A stretch of DNA of 64,000 nt, taken from IMG/VR virus record IMGVR_UViG_3300028603_000022, positions 1-64,000 of that record; one strand, given 5' to 3'. The position numbers and the translations under genes were made by a program. This document shows, piece by piece, positions 17,380 to 25,659 of this stretch. The number at the start of each line of letters is the position of its first letter. Position 1 is the first letter of the stretch. The stretch is from a virus. Taxonomy: Duplodnaviria > Caudoviricetes. The notes below the pieces were generated by a model. That model saw only the letters and a list, made by a program, of their open reading frames with translations. It was not told the DNA's origin and did no database searches.

Positions 17380-18373
17380 TTGATATTTTCCTATTATTAT
17401 CTAAAATACGCTCTATTTGCTCTTTAGATAATATGTAAGGTAGATTCTGAGCCAAATACACAATTGTAGAGTTAGGTAGTTTAGCTATCAATCTGGAAAA
17501 TTCTGGAAAAGATGACATATCCGTAGATACGGATTCATCTACTACCAAGTGAACGTCATTTTCCTTGTCATCTATCGGTATAACTTTATTATTTATTTGC
17601 TTATCACCATCTTGGATAGACTTACGAATACCACGCTTAAGATTGAAAGCCTCATCGTCGTATATAATAAAATCCGATGATCCTTGAGCGTTTTGAAACC
17701 ATGTCTGAATGTAGCTGGTTATAGTACCTTCATAAGGTATGAACCTATCAATAGCTCGAATAGTAGAAATTACATACGCATGTAGCATTTCTTCTTTGTT
17801 TGTATTCAAACCAGACAAAGATTTAACATAATGATTTTTGTTGGAAAAAGTAGATATCAGATAATAGAAACGAAACACTACATCTTGCTTAAATGTTTCA
17901 TATAGGTCTAAATACAATTCTACATGACGAACCAGTTTAGTGAAGTCTACTTCTTTTTTAAGAAATGAATGAGGAGCTAAATTATATAATGAATACGCTA
18001 TATGATCTATTACTATATTCCGCTCTACACCGTTATTAAGAAGGTACTCTAACAGTTCGAGTTTTTGATCTTCTGTAACGGGTTTATTATTATCAAACTC
18101 TACAAATTGAGAAAGCTCACTAAATAGTTTAGTGAGCATTTCTTCCGATTTGTAATACGCAATCTTACGTCTGTTATCTGTAGAAATGCTCAAACATGTC
18201 AGGGCGGTTTCCACTGACATGTTTGAGTACGCTACTAAAGGCGCGGCCGCTTCTGATAACAAATTGTTAAGAACCAACCATATTTGATAAGAAGACAAGT
18301 CCTTGGAGTATTTTATACTGCCATGTTGTCTTAAATTCTTCTTTTTATGCTCTTTTGGATCTATGGCAGACAT
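17348..18373 (-). CDS. Sigma70-like RNA polymerase sigma factor (divergent)
   Basis: EEMLHAYVISTIRAIDRFIPYEGTITSYIQTWFQNA matches sigma region 2.2-2.3 (DLiQ.G.iGL..Av.kF....G..FstYA.wWir). Confidence 0.7.
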   Translation of the reverse strand: MSAIDPKEHKKKNLRQHGSIKYSKDLSSYQIWLVLNNLLSEAAAPLVAYSNMSVETALTCLSISTDNRRKIAYYKSEEMLTKLFSELSQFVEFDNNKPVTEDQKLELLEYLLNNGVERNIVIDHIAYSLYNLAPHSFLKKEVDFTKLVRHVELYLDLYETFKQDVVFRFYYLISTFSNKNHYVKSLSGLNTNKEEMLHAYVISTIRAIDRFIPYEGTITSYIQTWFQNAQGSSDFIIYDDEAFNLKRGIRKSIQDGDKQINNKVIPIDDKENDVHLVVDESVSTDMSSFPEFSRLIAKLPNSTIVYLAQNLPYILSKEQIERILDNNRKISNGIAGNQKST

Positions 18374-18394
18374 AATAAACTCCCGCGGTTATTA

Positions 18395-18619
18395 TTACTT
18401 AGATTTAGTAGTCTTGTTACCTCTATCAAAAGTATCATTGACTAAAGGAGGTTTGTTATCTTTTTCCCAAATCAAGTTGTTAATAAGCCTTTCAAGTTCA
18501 TATAATTTTGTATCTAACTTATCTAGTTGGCGTATTGTATAATTCATGATAGCAATAAAAAGAATAATAGGAATAGCTACCATAATAAAGAATTTTAGAA
18601 TTTCGATATAGGTTTCCAT
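18395..18619 (-). CDS. Small membrane-anchored hypothetical protein
   Basis: N-terminal TM helix and short coiled coil. Confidence 0.6.
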   Translation of the reverse strand: METYIEILKFFIMVAIPIILFIAIMNYTIRQLDKLDTKLYELERLINNLIWEKDNKPPLVNDTFDRGNKTTKSK

Positions 18620-18621
18620 AA

Positions 18622-18843
18622 TTATTTACCCTTAATTGGTAGATAGGATTCAAGCAACTCAATAGTATCTTTGAGTTCTTTGATTTTGTCTCTCAAAATG
18701 TTTGGAGAGTATTCACTAATATTGTTTAGTATGTTCGCAGTCTCCCTGTGTGTAAAAGGCTTTCCAGTATTATGATTTACTCCTTTCAATAATGTGTTTA
18801 ATGATGACTCCCACATATTATCTTTCATATTCTGCGTTGTCAT
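18622..18843 (-). CDS. Hypothetical protein
   Basis: 73-aa ORF, tightly packed in the operon. Confidence 0.6.
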   Translation of the reverse strand: MTTQNMKDNMWESSLNTLLKGVNHNTGKPFTHRETANILNNISEYSPNILRDKIKELKDTIELLESYLPIKGK

Positions 18844-19697
18844 CCCAATACCGCCACGTTTGATTTAGAGTTTCTATTATTTACTATATCCATATTCCTC
18901 ATTAGTTTCTTCATATATGACAAGGTATATGCGTCTACACCATGTTGATTAGCAATAGAAGTCAGACTAGTACCTTGAGCGTTTACTGCCCGATGGTATT
19001 TATCAGCTTCTTCTTTGAAAACATCGTTAAACTTCTTAGCTTCTTCTTTAATTTTAAATGTTTTAGCGATATCGGAAATAACTGATACTACTATTTTATA
19101 GTCGGATTTCTTCGCTTTGAAGAATTTGAATAGAGCCTTCCTGATAACTGTTCTTTGATCGAAAGGAAGATTAGAAGTAAGAGTAATGAAAGCAGCTATC
19201 ATATCACTGGTATTCTTGATTCTATCAATGTGATAGCCAAGATTGTCATTTGATACTAACGAAGAAGTAATAGATATACTCTTTGAGCGGACAATTGATG
19301 AAATCTGATTAGGATCAATTTTCTTGAAATTAAATTCAAACGAACGCTGTTGATCGTAGTCTAACGGAATAATGCCTTTAATCTCTTTCAAAATAGCAGG
19401 CACATCAGATATTACTACAACGTGGTTTGATTTAAGATAATGAACAAATCTGAATAGTTCCTTGACTGAATCAAAGACGTGCAAAGTTGCTTTCTTGTTG
19501 AACTTTGACGTAGTAGCTGAATAATAACTAATGCCAGATTCTCTAAGAGTCTTGTATTTGTCGCACAGCCTTACAAAATCCAGAACTGAAGTAATACCTA
19601 AACCTAGAATAGCCTTACAAGAAAAAGATGAAATCGAATTGACTTCATCTTCTACAAGCTTGCCGGCTTTGTCCATCTTTTTTACTTTGACTTTCAT
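18840..19697 (-). CDS. Hypothetical protein (possible C-terminal HTH)
   Basis: 285 aa; SLTSIANQHGVDAYTL is HTH-like. Confidence 0.65.
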   Translation of the reverse strand: MKVKVKKMDKAGKLVEDEVNSISSFSCKAILGLGITSVLDFVRLCDKYKTLRESGISYYSATTSKFNKKATLHVFDSVKELFRFVHYLKSNHVVVISDVPAILKEIKGIIPLDYDQQRSFEFNFKKIDPNQISSIVRSKSISITSSLVSNDNLGYHIDRIKNTSDMIAAFITLTSNLPFDQRTVIRKALFKFFKAKKSDYKIVVSVISDIAKTFKIKEEAKKFNDVFKEEADKYHRAVNAQGTSLTSIANQHGVDAYTLSYMKKLMRNMDIVNNRNSKSNVAVLG

Positions 19698-19710
19698 GTC
19701 TAAAGCCTCG

Positions 19711-20175
19711 TTAAGGATTAATATAACGGTCTAAGATTTTGTCTATTTCAACGGTATTATCACCATCGCCCATAGAAAATAATTCAGATAGTTCAATTTG
19801 TATTTTATGCACCAAGACCATCGACGCTTCATCAGGCATACGCTTCTCTAATTTAAACTTCTTGCCTATCCTATTAACCCTATTTTTAAAATAGGTTCTA
19901 TGTGTTTGGGAAGATACTCTAAAATCATCAGAAGACTCAAGATACTCCATTTTGGTCAAGTGAACTCGATTTTTAAGTTTAACAGTAACTTTTTGAATAT
20001 TACCACAAAAAGCGTAGACTTCTCTACGCCAAGAAATCCTATCACCCCATACAACTAATTTGATAAGATGGTCTTCTAAAGGAACCCATCTTTCTTCTAT
20101 TAATTGCTTAGCTTCTTTAAGAGTCTTAACCGGCATCGCCGTTTCAGGATTAACATGTTTGAAATATCCAGACAT
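19711..20175 (-). CDS. DUF29-like hypothetical protein
   Basis: HLIKL....SWRREV pattern; TGACCGTAAA 30 nt upstream (20205-20214). Confidence 0.45.
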   Translation of the reverse strand: MSGYFKHVNPETAMPVKTLKEAKQLIEERWVPLEDHLIKLVVWGDRISWRREVYAFCGNIQKVTVKLKNRVHLTKMEYLESSDDFRVSSQTHRTYFKNRVNRIGKKFKLEKRMPDEASMVLVHKIQIELSELFSMGDGDNTVEIDKILDRYINP

Positions 20176-20186
20176 AGTAGAGTTCC

Positions 20187-21341
20187 TTACTTATCTAAAA
20201 TAACTTTACGGTCATGTCCTTTAACAACGGCTTTAATGTCTTCTGATACTTGGTCATAAACTTTAATTTTGTTGCCTTTACCTATGAAATCTTTAATCAT
20301 GTCTTCCAATTCATAAGGCGTAACAGGGTTTTTGTTACCCGCGGCAATCTTCTTTTTAGTTACATACCTTGGCTTGATTTCTCTACGTGGCGGAGGAGTT
20401 TTAGCATTAGGACTGGGCGCTTTCAAAGCACCATGAATGTAAGTTTCTCTTGTTTTATATTTAGCAGGTATTTGATAAGGTCGATAATGCTGGTTGTCTC
20501 TGGTAGTAGAAGAAGCTTCACTCATAATAACAGGTTTCTCTACATTACATTCAAGAGAACCTACTACTTTAATAAGAGAATTTACCACTTTAACAGGTGT
20601 TAAAGGTGATGTATTATTCTGCGATTGATTAATATCTGTTACTGCTGGTTTATTAGCTGTCTTAAGTAATTTCCTTTCTTCCTTAAGCCTAATAGCTTTC
20701 AATCTCTTTTCTTCTTTAAGTCTAGCTTTCTCTCTTAGTTTGGCAACTTTAACACTATGTTTATCCAGCTGTTTCTTGTTATTTTCAGCTTCCTTCAATT
20801 TATTCGAAGCATACTTCATTCTCTTTTTGTAGTTGATAAGTTCTCTATTTTTATCATGGTAGGCTTTGTTATATTCAGCTCTCTTTTCAGGGTTCTTCTT
20901 AGAGCGATATGTTACCTCTGGCTCGTATTCCACATACTTGAGTATCACTAAAGGTTGATTAACAGAATACCTGAAAATAGCATGATGGCGATCCATACCT
21001 ACCTTACGCTCAACAATAAGATGTTTATCTATCATTGATTTAAGAGAGTTGGAAAATTCACCCCTACCAGAAAACATGGATTTCAGTTTAATAACTAGAG
21101 GATTAGCTGGATGATTCTGGTTATTAGATAACTCTATTAGCTTCTTATCCAATTCTTCTCTTAGTTGTGATCTTGTTAGTACAAGATAGCCATCCTCCGC
21201 CTGGTTGATAGCATCGACAAGATACAACAAAGTAACAATTTGCTTACCAGAAACAGGAACTGTTTCGCCTAAATGGTTAGTAACTAACAAATAATCGTGA
21301 TTGGAAGTGTACGCTTTAATTTGAGGTGTAGTATCAGTCAT
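20187..21341 (-). CDS. Winged-HTH DNA-binding protein, possible replication initiator
   Basis: LTRSQLREEL...FSNSLKSMIDKHLIVERK...FRYSVN wHTH-like region, then a basic coiled coil. Confidence 0.5.
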   Translation of the reverse strand: MTDTTPQIKAYTSNHDYLLVTNHLGETVPVSGKQIVTLLYLVDAINQAEDGYLVLTRSQLREELDKKLIELSNNQNHPANPLVIKLKSMFSGRGEFSNSLKSMIDKHLIVERKVGMDRHHAIFRYSVNQPLVILKYVEYEPEVTYRSKKNPEKRAEYNKAYHDKNRELINYKKRMKYASNKLKEAENNKKQLDKHSVKVAKLREKARLKEEKRLKAIRLKEERKLLKTANKPAVTDINQSQNNTSPLTPVKVVNSLIKVVGSLECNVEKPVIMSEASSTTRDNQHYRPYQIPAKYKTRETYIHGALKAPSPNAKTPPPRREIKPRYVTKKKIAAGNKNPVTPYELEDMIKDFIGKGNKIKVYDQVSEDIKAVVKGHDRKVILDK

Positions 21342-21363
21342 GTTGTTTCTTCTTTTTGTAAAA

Positions 21364-21585
21364 TTAGTTAAGAGTAGAAGGAGTTTCCAAAGTAGCTACA
21401 TATTCTTCCAGCGTCATGCTTACATCAGGTATATCCTTGGAAATACAGCGCTTAACAAACTTATCTCCTTTCCGGTGTATAATGAAGAACAATACCCAAC
21501 CATCGAGAACGAACGATTCACAAAATGTAGTTTTAATCATTTTAGACCTCTTTAATAAGGTTAATATCAAATTTTTCCGCTTCAA
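21364..21585 (-). CDS. Hypothetical protein
   Basis: Short ORF; probable start is the MIKT ATG after GAGG. Confidence 0.5.
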   Translation of the reverse strand: MKRKNLILTLLKRSKMIKTTFCESFVLDGWVLFFIIHRKGDKFVKRCISKDIPDVSMTLEEYVATLETPSTLN

Positions 21586-23245
21586 CCTTCTTAGCCACCA
21601 ATTTGATACTTTTAAGTAACCCCTGTGAGTCTTGTTTCTTAACCACGTTGTTTTTATTAGATAGTTTTTTCAACCTATCCCCTAATTTCTTGGAATCGTA
21701 CTGTTCGCTATTACGAACCATGTCTCTTAATTGTTCTTTCTCTTTAAAAGAGAGACCATAGGCTATGTTAACAATATCAAAATTGATCCAATAAGAATAG
21801 GGAATAGTAATATCGATCTTTAACAGTTTTCTTATTTGCTGTTTATACTTATAAACAGTAATGTTTTTCAATTCCTTATAAACAGCATAATCATGTATTA
21901 TGTCTTCGCCGTTGTATTTTTTCCAGAATTTAATCAAGTCATTAAGGTTATCTATTACAGAATTGTGCCTATCAGACTTATTTTTATCTCTAGGTATTGC
22001 TACCTTACCCGATATTCTATCAGGGTTAAATTCCAGAATAGGAATCAGCTTCATCTCTACGTCTAAAACACGGTTAACAAGCCACTTAGAAAAACCTACA
22101 TTGTAAATAACACCGTCTTTTATCTCCAAAGACAGAATTTGCATAGCCCGGCATATTCTATACGCGGTAACAATAGGTCTACTTCTTTTTAGAATGTTAC
22201 CTTCAGAATCTATAAGCACAAATTTTCTAGATTCTCTACCATACAATTTATTAAATTTCTTACTAATTTTACGTAGTTCGCTTAGTTTAGTAGTAGCTTC
22301 TCTTATCATCGATTCCAAAAACGCTGCATGTAAGGTGATATCAAACCTTAATGTACTGTCTACCAAGTTCTGCTCTTTCAAGGTCAAAGATTTACCTTGC
22401 TTCTTGTTCTTAACACTCTGAAACTTATCATAGATATTGATGGTCAGATACGGATTATTACCCTGTTTCTTTTGCATAAACACCCCGGTTAAACCCGGAT
22501 ACACGCTATTAGTTAGAAAACCAAGGTATTCTCCTAAAGCCTTACTTTGTTTCCGCTCTCCTAACCTAGAACAATACAAACTGCTTAACAGCCCTAAGTC
22601 CAATTCCTTATCTTTTGTACCAAATAACATCACCAATTGGGTATTTGGCGTTTTAAAATCACCTACTCTTATTATCTTTTTTATCTCTTTAGAGAACTTG
22701 AAATCAAACATATGTTCTAATAAATAAAAACCTATTTGATAGAACATCAAGCTCTCTTGATATCTAGACACACCTTCGAATCGCACTGGGCTTATGTTAT
22801 TACCGTTCAGGATAGTCGTAGGATTACCTATAAAGCTAAGAACGGGCCCGTTCTTGTTATGCATGTATAGCGTGTATGTGATATTAATAAACTTGCCGGC
22901 TTCTCCTGAACTCCCGTCATCTTTATAATAAGATAACTCAGCCCTTAACCATGAATCGTCTTTATAGTGAATATTGGTCCCATCTATAACATTACCTATG
23001 ATTTTATATCTAAAGGTGTATTCATTGCCATTGAAATTGAAACCTATTTCCTTTCCTTTCTTTAAAGCTTTATCTAGCTTAATAAAGTGTTGAAAAAGGG
23101 AAGAAAAGTCCGCCGGCAATAGGAACAAAGACAGACCTTCTGATCCCTCCATGTATCCAAAGTTATTATTCTCAGAAAGAGTTCTACGAGTATCTTCTAT
23201 TGCTGAAGCATGAGTATCGTGTATAATATCGCGTGTATGTGACAT
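21542..23245 (-). CDS. Phage/plasmid gene II/X (Rep_trans superfamily)-like protein
   Basis: SFIGNPTTILNGNN, INIYDK and LRFDITL resemble gpII/X motifs (GNP..f..GhN, .iYdK, lR.E). Confidence 0.6.
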   Translation of the reverse strand: MSHTRDIIHDTHASAIEDTRRTLSENNNFGYMEGSEGLSLFLLPADFSSLFQHFIKLDKALKKGKEIGFNFNGNEYTFRYKIIGNVIDGTNIHYKDDSWLRAELSYYKDDGSSGEAGKFINITYTLYMHNKNGPVLSFIGNPTTILNGNNISPVRFEGVSRYQESLMFYQIGFYLLEHMFDFKFSKEIKKIIRVGDFKTPNTQLVMLFGTKDKELDLGLLSSLYCSRLGERKQSKALGEYLGFLTNSVYPGLTGVFMQKKQGNNPYLTINIYDKFQSVKNKKQGKSLTLKEQNLVDSTLRFDITLHAAFLESMIREATTKLSELRKISKKFNKLYGRESRKFVLIDSEGNILKRSRPIVTAYRICRAMQILSLEIKDGVIYNVGFSKWLVNRVLDVEMKLIPILEFNPDRISGKVAIPRDKNKSDRHNSVIDNLNDLIKFWKKYNGEDIIHDYAVYKELKNITVYKYKQQIRKLLKIDITIPYSYWINFDIVNIAYGLSFKEKEQLRDMVRNSEQYDSKKLGDRLKKLSNKNNVVKKQDSQGLLKSIKLVAKKVEAEKFDINLIKEV

Positions 23246-23637
23246 GTAATGATTTCTTTGCTGGAAAGGGATACGTATATACGAGTAGTACCTATTACCT
23301 AATTAGTATTTACCGTAGGGGTAATCCCTATAGGATTTCGATAAATTTTCCGGAGGTATATCTCCGATATATTTATTGAAATTTTCGTGAATTTCGGAGA
23401 AATATGAGAAATGTCATCAGAAGGCTACCAATTTTTATAATTGGGTATTTATCGATATTGGTAGTTTATATAGGGTGCAAGTAATACCTCTATTACTATA
23501 CCTCTATTACTGTAATAGAAAATGACCTGTTTTTAGCTTTTAATAGAGATACTTCATAATAATTTCACAGATATTTAACCGTAAATAATAGGTAATTCCA
23601 GTTTATACACCAAATACCTATGAATTAAGGGTATTAC
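23246..23637. other. Divergent intergenic region, candidate origin/control region
   Basis: Switch point between the two arms; tandem ATACCTCTATTACT x2 (23484-23511); short palindromes; ACCGTAAA at 23578. Confidence 0.45.
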
Positions 23638-24624
23638 ATGTCTATTGCCTCTAAATTAGAACAATTAATCGATACTTTCATGTTATCCGTAGGGGAAGCT
23701 AAGAAACCCTCTACAAGAACACCAGAATTTCGTATTAGCTCTATGCCTTATTGTCCTATTCGTAGGTTATTGTTCAATAAGCCTGGAAATGACTCCTTTT
23801 CCATGAATTTTTATACGTCTATAGGTACAGCAGTACATGAAACCATACAATCATGGGCTACCATATCAGAGGAAGCCAGGGAAAAGATATTTTCTTGTTG
23901 GAAAATCAAGGAAACAGGAGAAGTAGTAGGGCCGTGCTTCTACAAAGACATACCTAAGAAATATTCCAATTACACCATTGAATACGAAGAAATAACGATT
24001 AAATATCGTGGACTATCAGGGCATGTTGATTTGGTATTAGAGATACTGCCTAATAAATATATGCTAATAGACTTTAAAACTACCAATCTAACTAGAAACA
24101 AGCTGAGAGAGCCATATACGTGGAGAAATAAATATCCAGCTTCCACGTCTTCTATTATTCAAATATCCAGCTACTCCTCTTTATTAACTAAAGAGTTCGG
24201 ATTGAACATAATAGGGTGGTGTCTTATTTATGTGGATCGTGGCGACGTTATATCCCATAATGATTCTTATCATAAAGTAATGAAGCCTTGGAACAAGAAA
24301 AAGACCAAGAAATTCATGAAATACATAGATCAAGCTTGTGATAATAATAAACGATTCATTAAACTGAACAAGCTACTAGATAAATCAGATAGGTATTCCT
24401 CTAAAGCGGATTCCTTGTTAAAAGAGATAGTTAAAAACAGACCGTGCGTTGATGAAACTACTTATGATGAATTTATGGGTAAGGGTTTTTATAGAGGACC
24501 GCAGACAGCCGAATCCAGAAAACAGGATTTATCTAGAGGAATAAAAAATGGTGACTGCGTTCTGAAACCTTTTTGCTTGAAAAGTAATAAATCATGTCTG
24601 AATGCGATACATAGAAAATTGTAG
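23638..24624 (+). CDS. Cas4-like PD-(D/E)xK exonuclease
   Basis: SSMPYCP, GTAVH, GHVD, IDFKTT, QISSY and C-terminal cysteines. Confidence 0.85.
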   Translation: MSIASKLEQLIDTFMLSVGEAKKPSTRTPEFRISSMPYCPIRRLLFNKPGNDSFSMNFYTSIGTAVHETIQSWATISEEAREKIFSCWKIKETGEVVGPCFYKDIPKKYSNYTIEYEEITIKYRGLSGHVDLVLEILPNKYMLIDFKTTNLTRNKLREPYTWRNKYPASTSSIIQISSYSSLLTKEFGLNIIGWCLIYVDRGDVISHNDSYHKVMKPWNKKKTKKFMKYIDQACDNNKRFIKLNKLLDKSDRYSSKADSLLKEIVKNRPCVDETTYDEFMGKGFYRGPQTAESRKQDLSRGIKNGDCVLKPFCLKSNKSCLNAIHRKL

Positions 24625-24639
24625 AGTAATAACTTAATC

Positions 24640-24653
24640 CTAATTCTTTTATG
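24640..24653 (+). promoter_or_regulatory. CTAATTCTTTTATG late promoter-like motif
   Basis: Identical 14-mer at 32309-32322; related TAATTC at 33041, 39629, 50128 and 58263, all intergenic and upstream of structural genes. Confidence 0.55.
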
Positions 24654-24694
24654 GAGGATAACTTCTAGTCTTCCTAGAAAAGATGGAGGGTACT

Positions 24695-24844
24695 ATGTAT
24701 GCACTTCACTCCAATTTTGAACATAGGTGCTTCACAAATCTCCACACTTCAATCTTCGACTATAGGGCGTTAATTAATCGAATCGATAAAATATTGAAAT
24801 ACAAATCATATCTTTTACTTTCTATTTTCCATCGACGCTGTTAG
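24695..24844 (+). CDS. Possible 49-aa small protein
   Basis: GGAGGG RBS, then MYALHSNFEHRC...HRRC. Confidence 0.35.
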   Translation: MYALHSNFEHRCFTNLHTSIFDYRALINRIDKILKYKSYLLLSIFHRRC

Positions 24845-24970
24845 GTAATGCTCAAGACTTGTGTTATAGAGAATCTACGATTTAGACACTACATAATGTT
24901 AATTCCTTCTTGTGTGAAGGATACTTATATAGTCAGTTAACAGTGGAATTTCTATGACGTAAACATTTAG

Positions 24971-25009
24971 AAACGCCCTCAGCAGAAACCATCCTGTTGA
25001 GGGCGTTTT
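24971..25009 (+). terminator. Intrinsic terminator
   Basis: AAACGCCCTCAGCAG...CTGTTGAGGGCGTTTT. Confidence 0.75.
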
Positions 25010-25057
25010 GATTTCTAACTGACTCTCCATTTTAATAAAAACCTAGAGGTAAAATAA

Positions 25058-25381
25058 ATGTATACCATTACTAACACGCTAGAAGCTGAACTCACTGTTG
25101 GCGATCTTAGATTCCCTAAAGGGGGTCGTCACTTTGTTTCTAGTATTAACCACGATATTCTAACTGCTTTAGGTAAAGGGCAGATTTCGTCTAATCCTCC
25201 TATCGCCATTGGTGGTGCCGCGATAGTAGATAACTCTGGTGGTTCTGTAACCGAGGAAATTGAAGAAATTACAGAAGTCGCCAACGCTGGATCTTCTGAT
25301 GCCGGACCTACTGCCGATGCTATCGCTACGTTGACTTCTCAAATCAATAGTTTGAAGGCTGCTATCATAGCAGCTATGTAA
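25058..25381 (+). CDS. Putative head fibre/decoration-like protein
   Basis: DNSGG...ADAIATLTSQIN trimeric coiled-coil-like C-terminus; GAGGT RBS. Confidence 0.5.
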   Translation: MYTITNTLEAELTVGDLRFPKGGRHFVSSINHDILTALGKGQISSNPPIAIGGAAIVDNSGGSVTEEIEEITEVANAGSSDAGPTADAIATLTSQINSLKAAIIAAM

Positions 25382-25405
25382 TATACAGTAGGGAGTTAAC
25401 TCGCC

Positions 25406-25621
25406 ATGTCTAATATACCTAGTGTAATAGAGCTTATAGAAAAGAATAACAAGAAGGATTCTTCGCGTAAGGCAGAGATTGCAGCTACTGTCAAGCAGCA
25501 GGAAATGATGGCTAACAGTGGTGAGTTAACTCCCATCATCCTTATCGGACCTAATGGGACTAGAATCCCCGCCTTCTACTCTAAAGCGGAAAATGCTTTC
25601 CTTCCGCAATTTGAAATATAA
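25406..25621 (+). CDS. Hypothetical protein
   Basis: 71 aa; GGAG RBS. Confidence 0.65.
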   Translation: MSNIPSVIELIEKNNKKDSSRKAEIAATVKQQEMMANSGELTPIILIGPNGTRIPAFYSKAENAFLPQFEI

Positions 25622-25659
25622 AATAAAATAATCTACCTAAGTGTAGAAGGAAAATAACA

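Noticed and set aside
23638-25057. CRISPR array next to the Cas4-like gene
   Set aside because: No regularly spaced direct repeats and no other cas genes; solo Cas4-like nucleases are common in phages.
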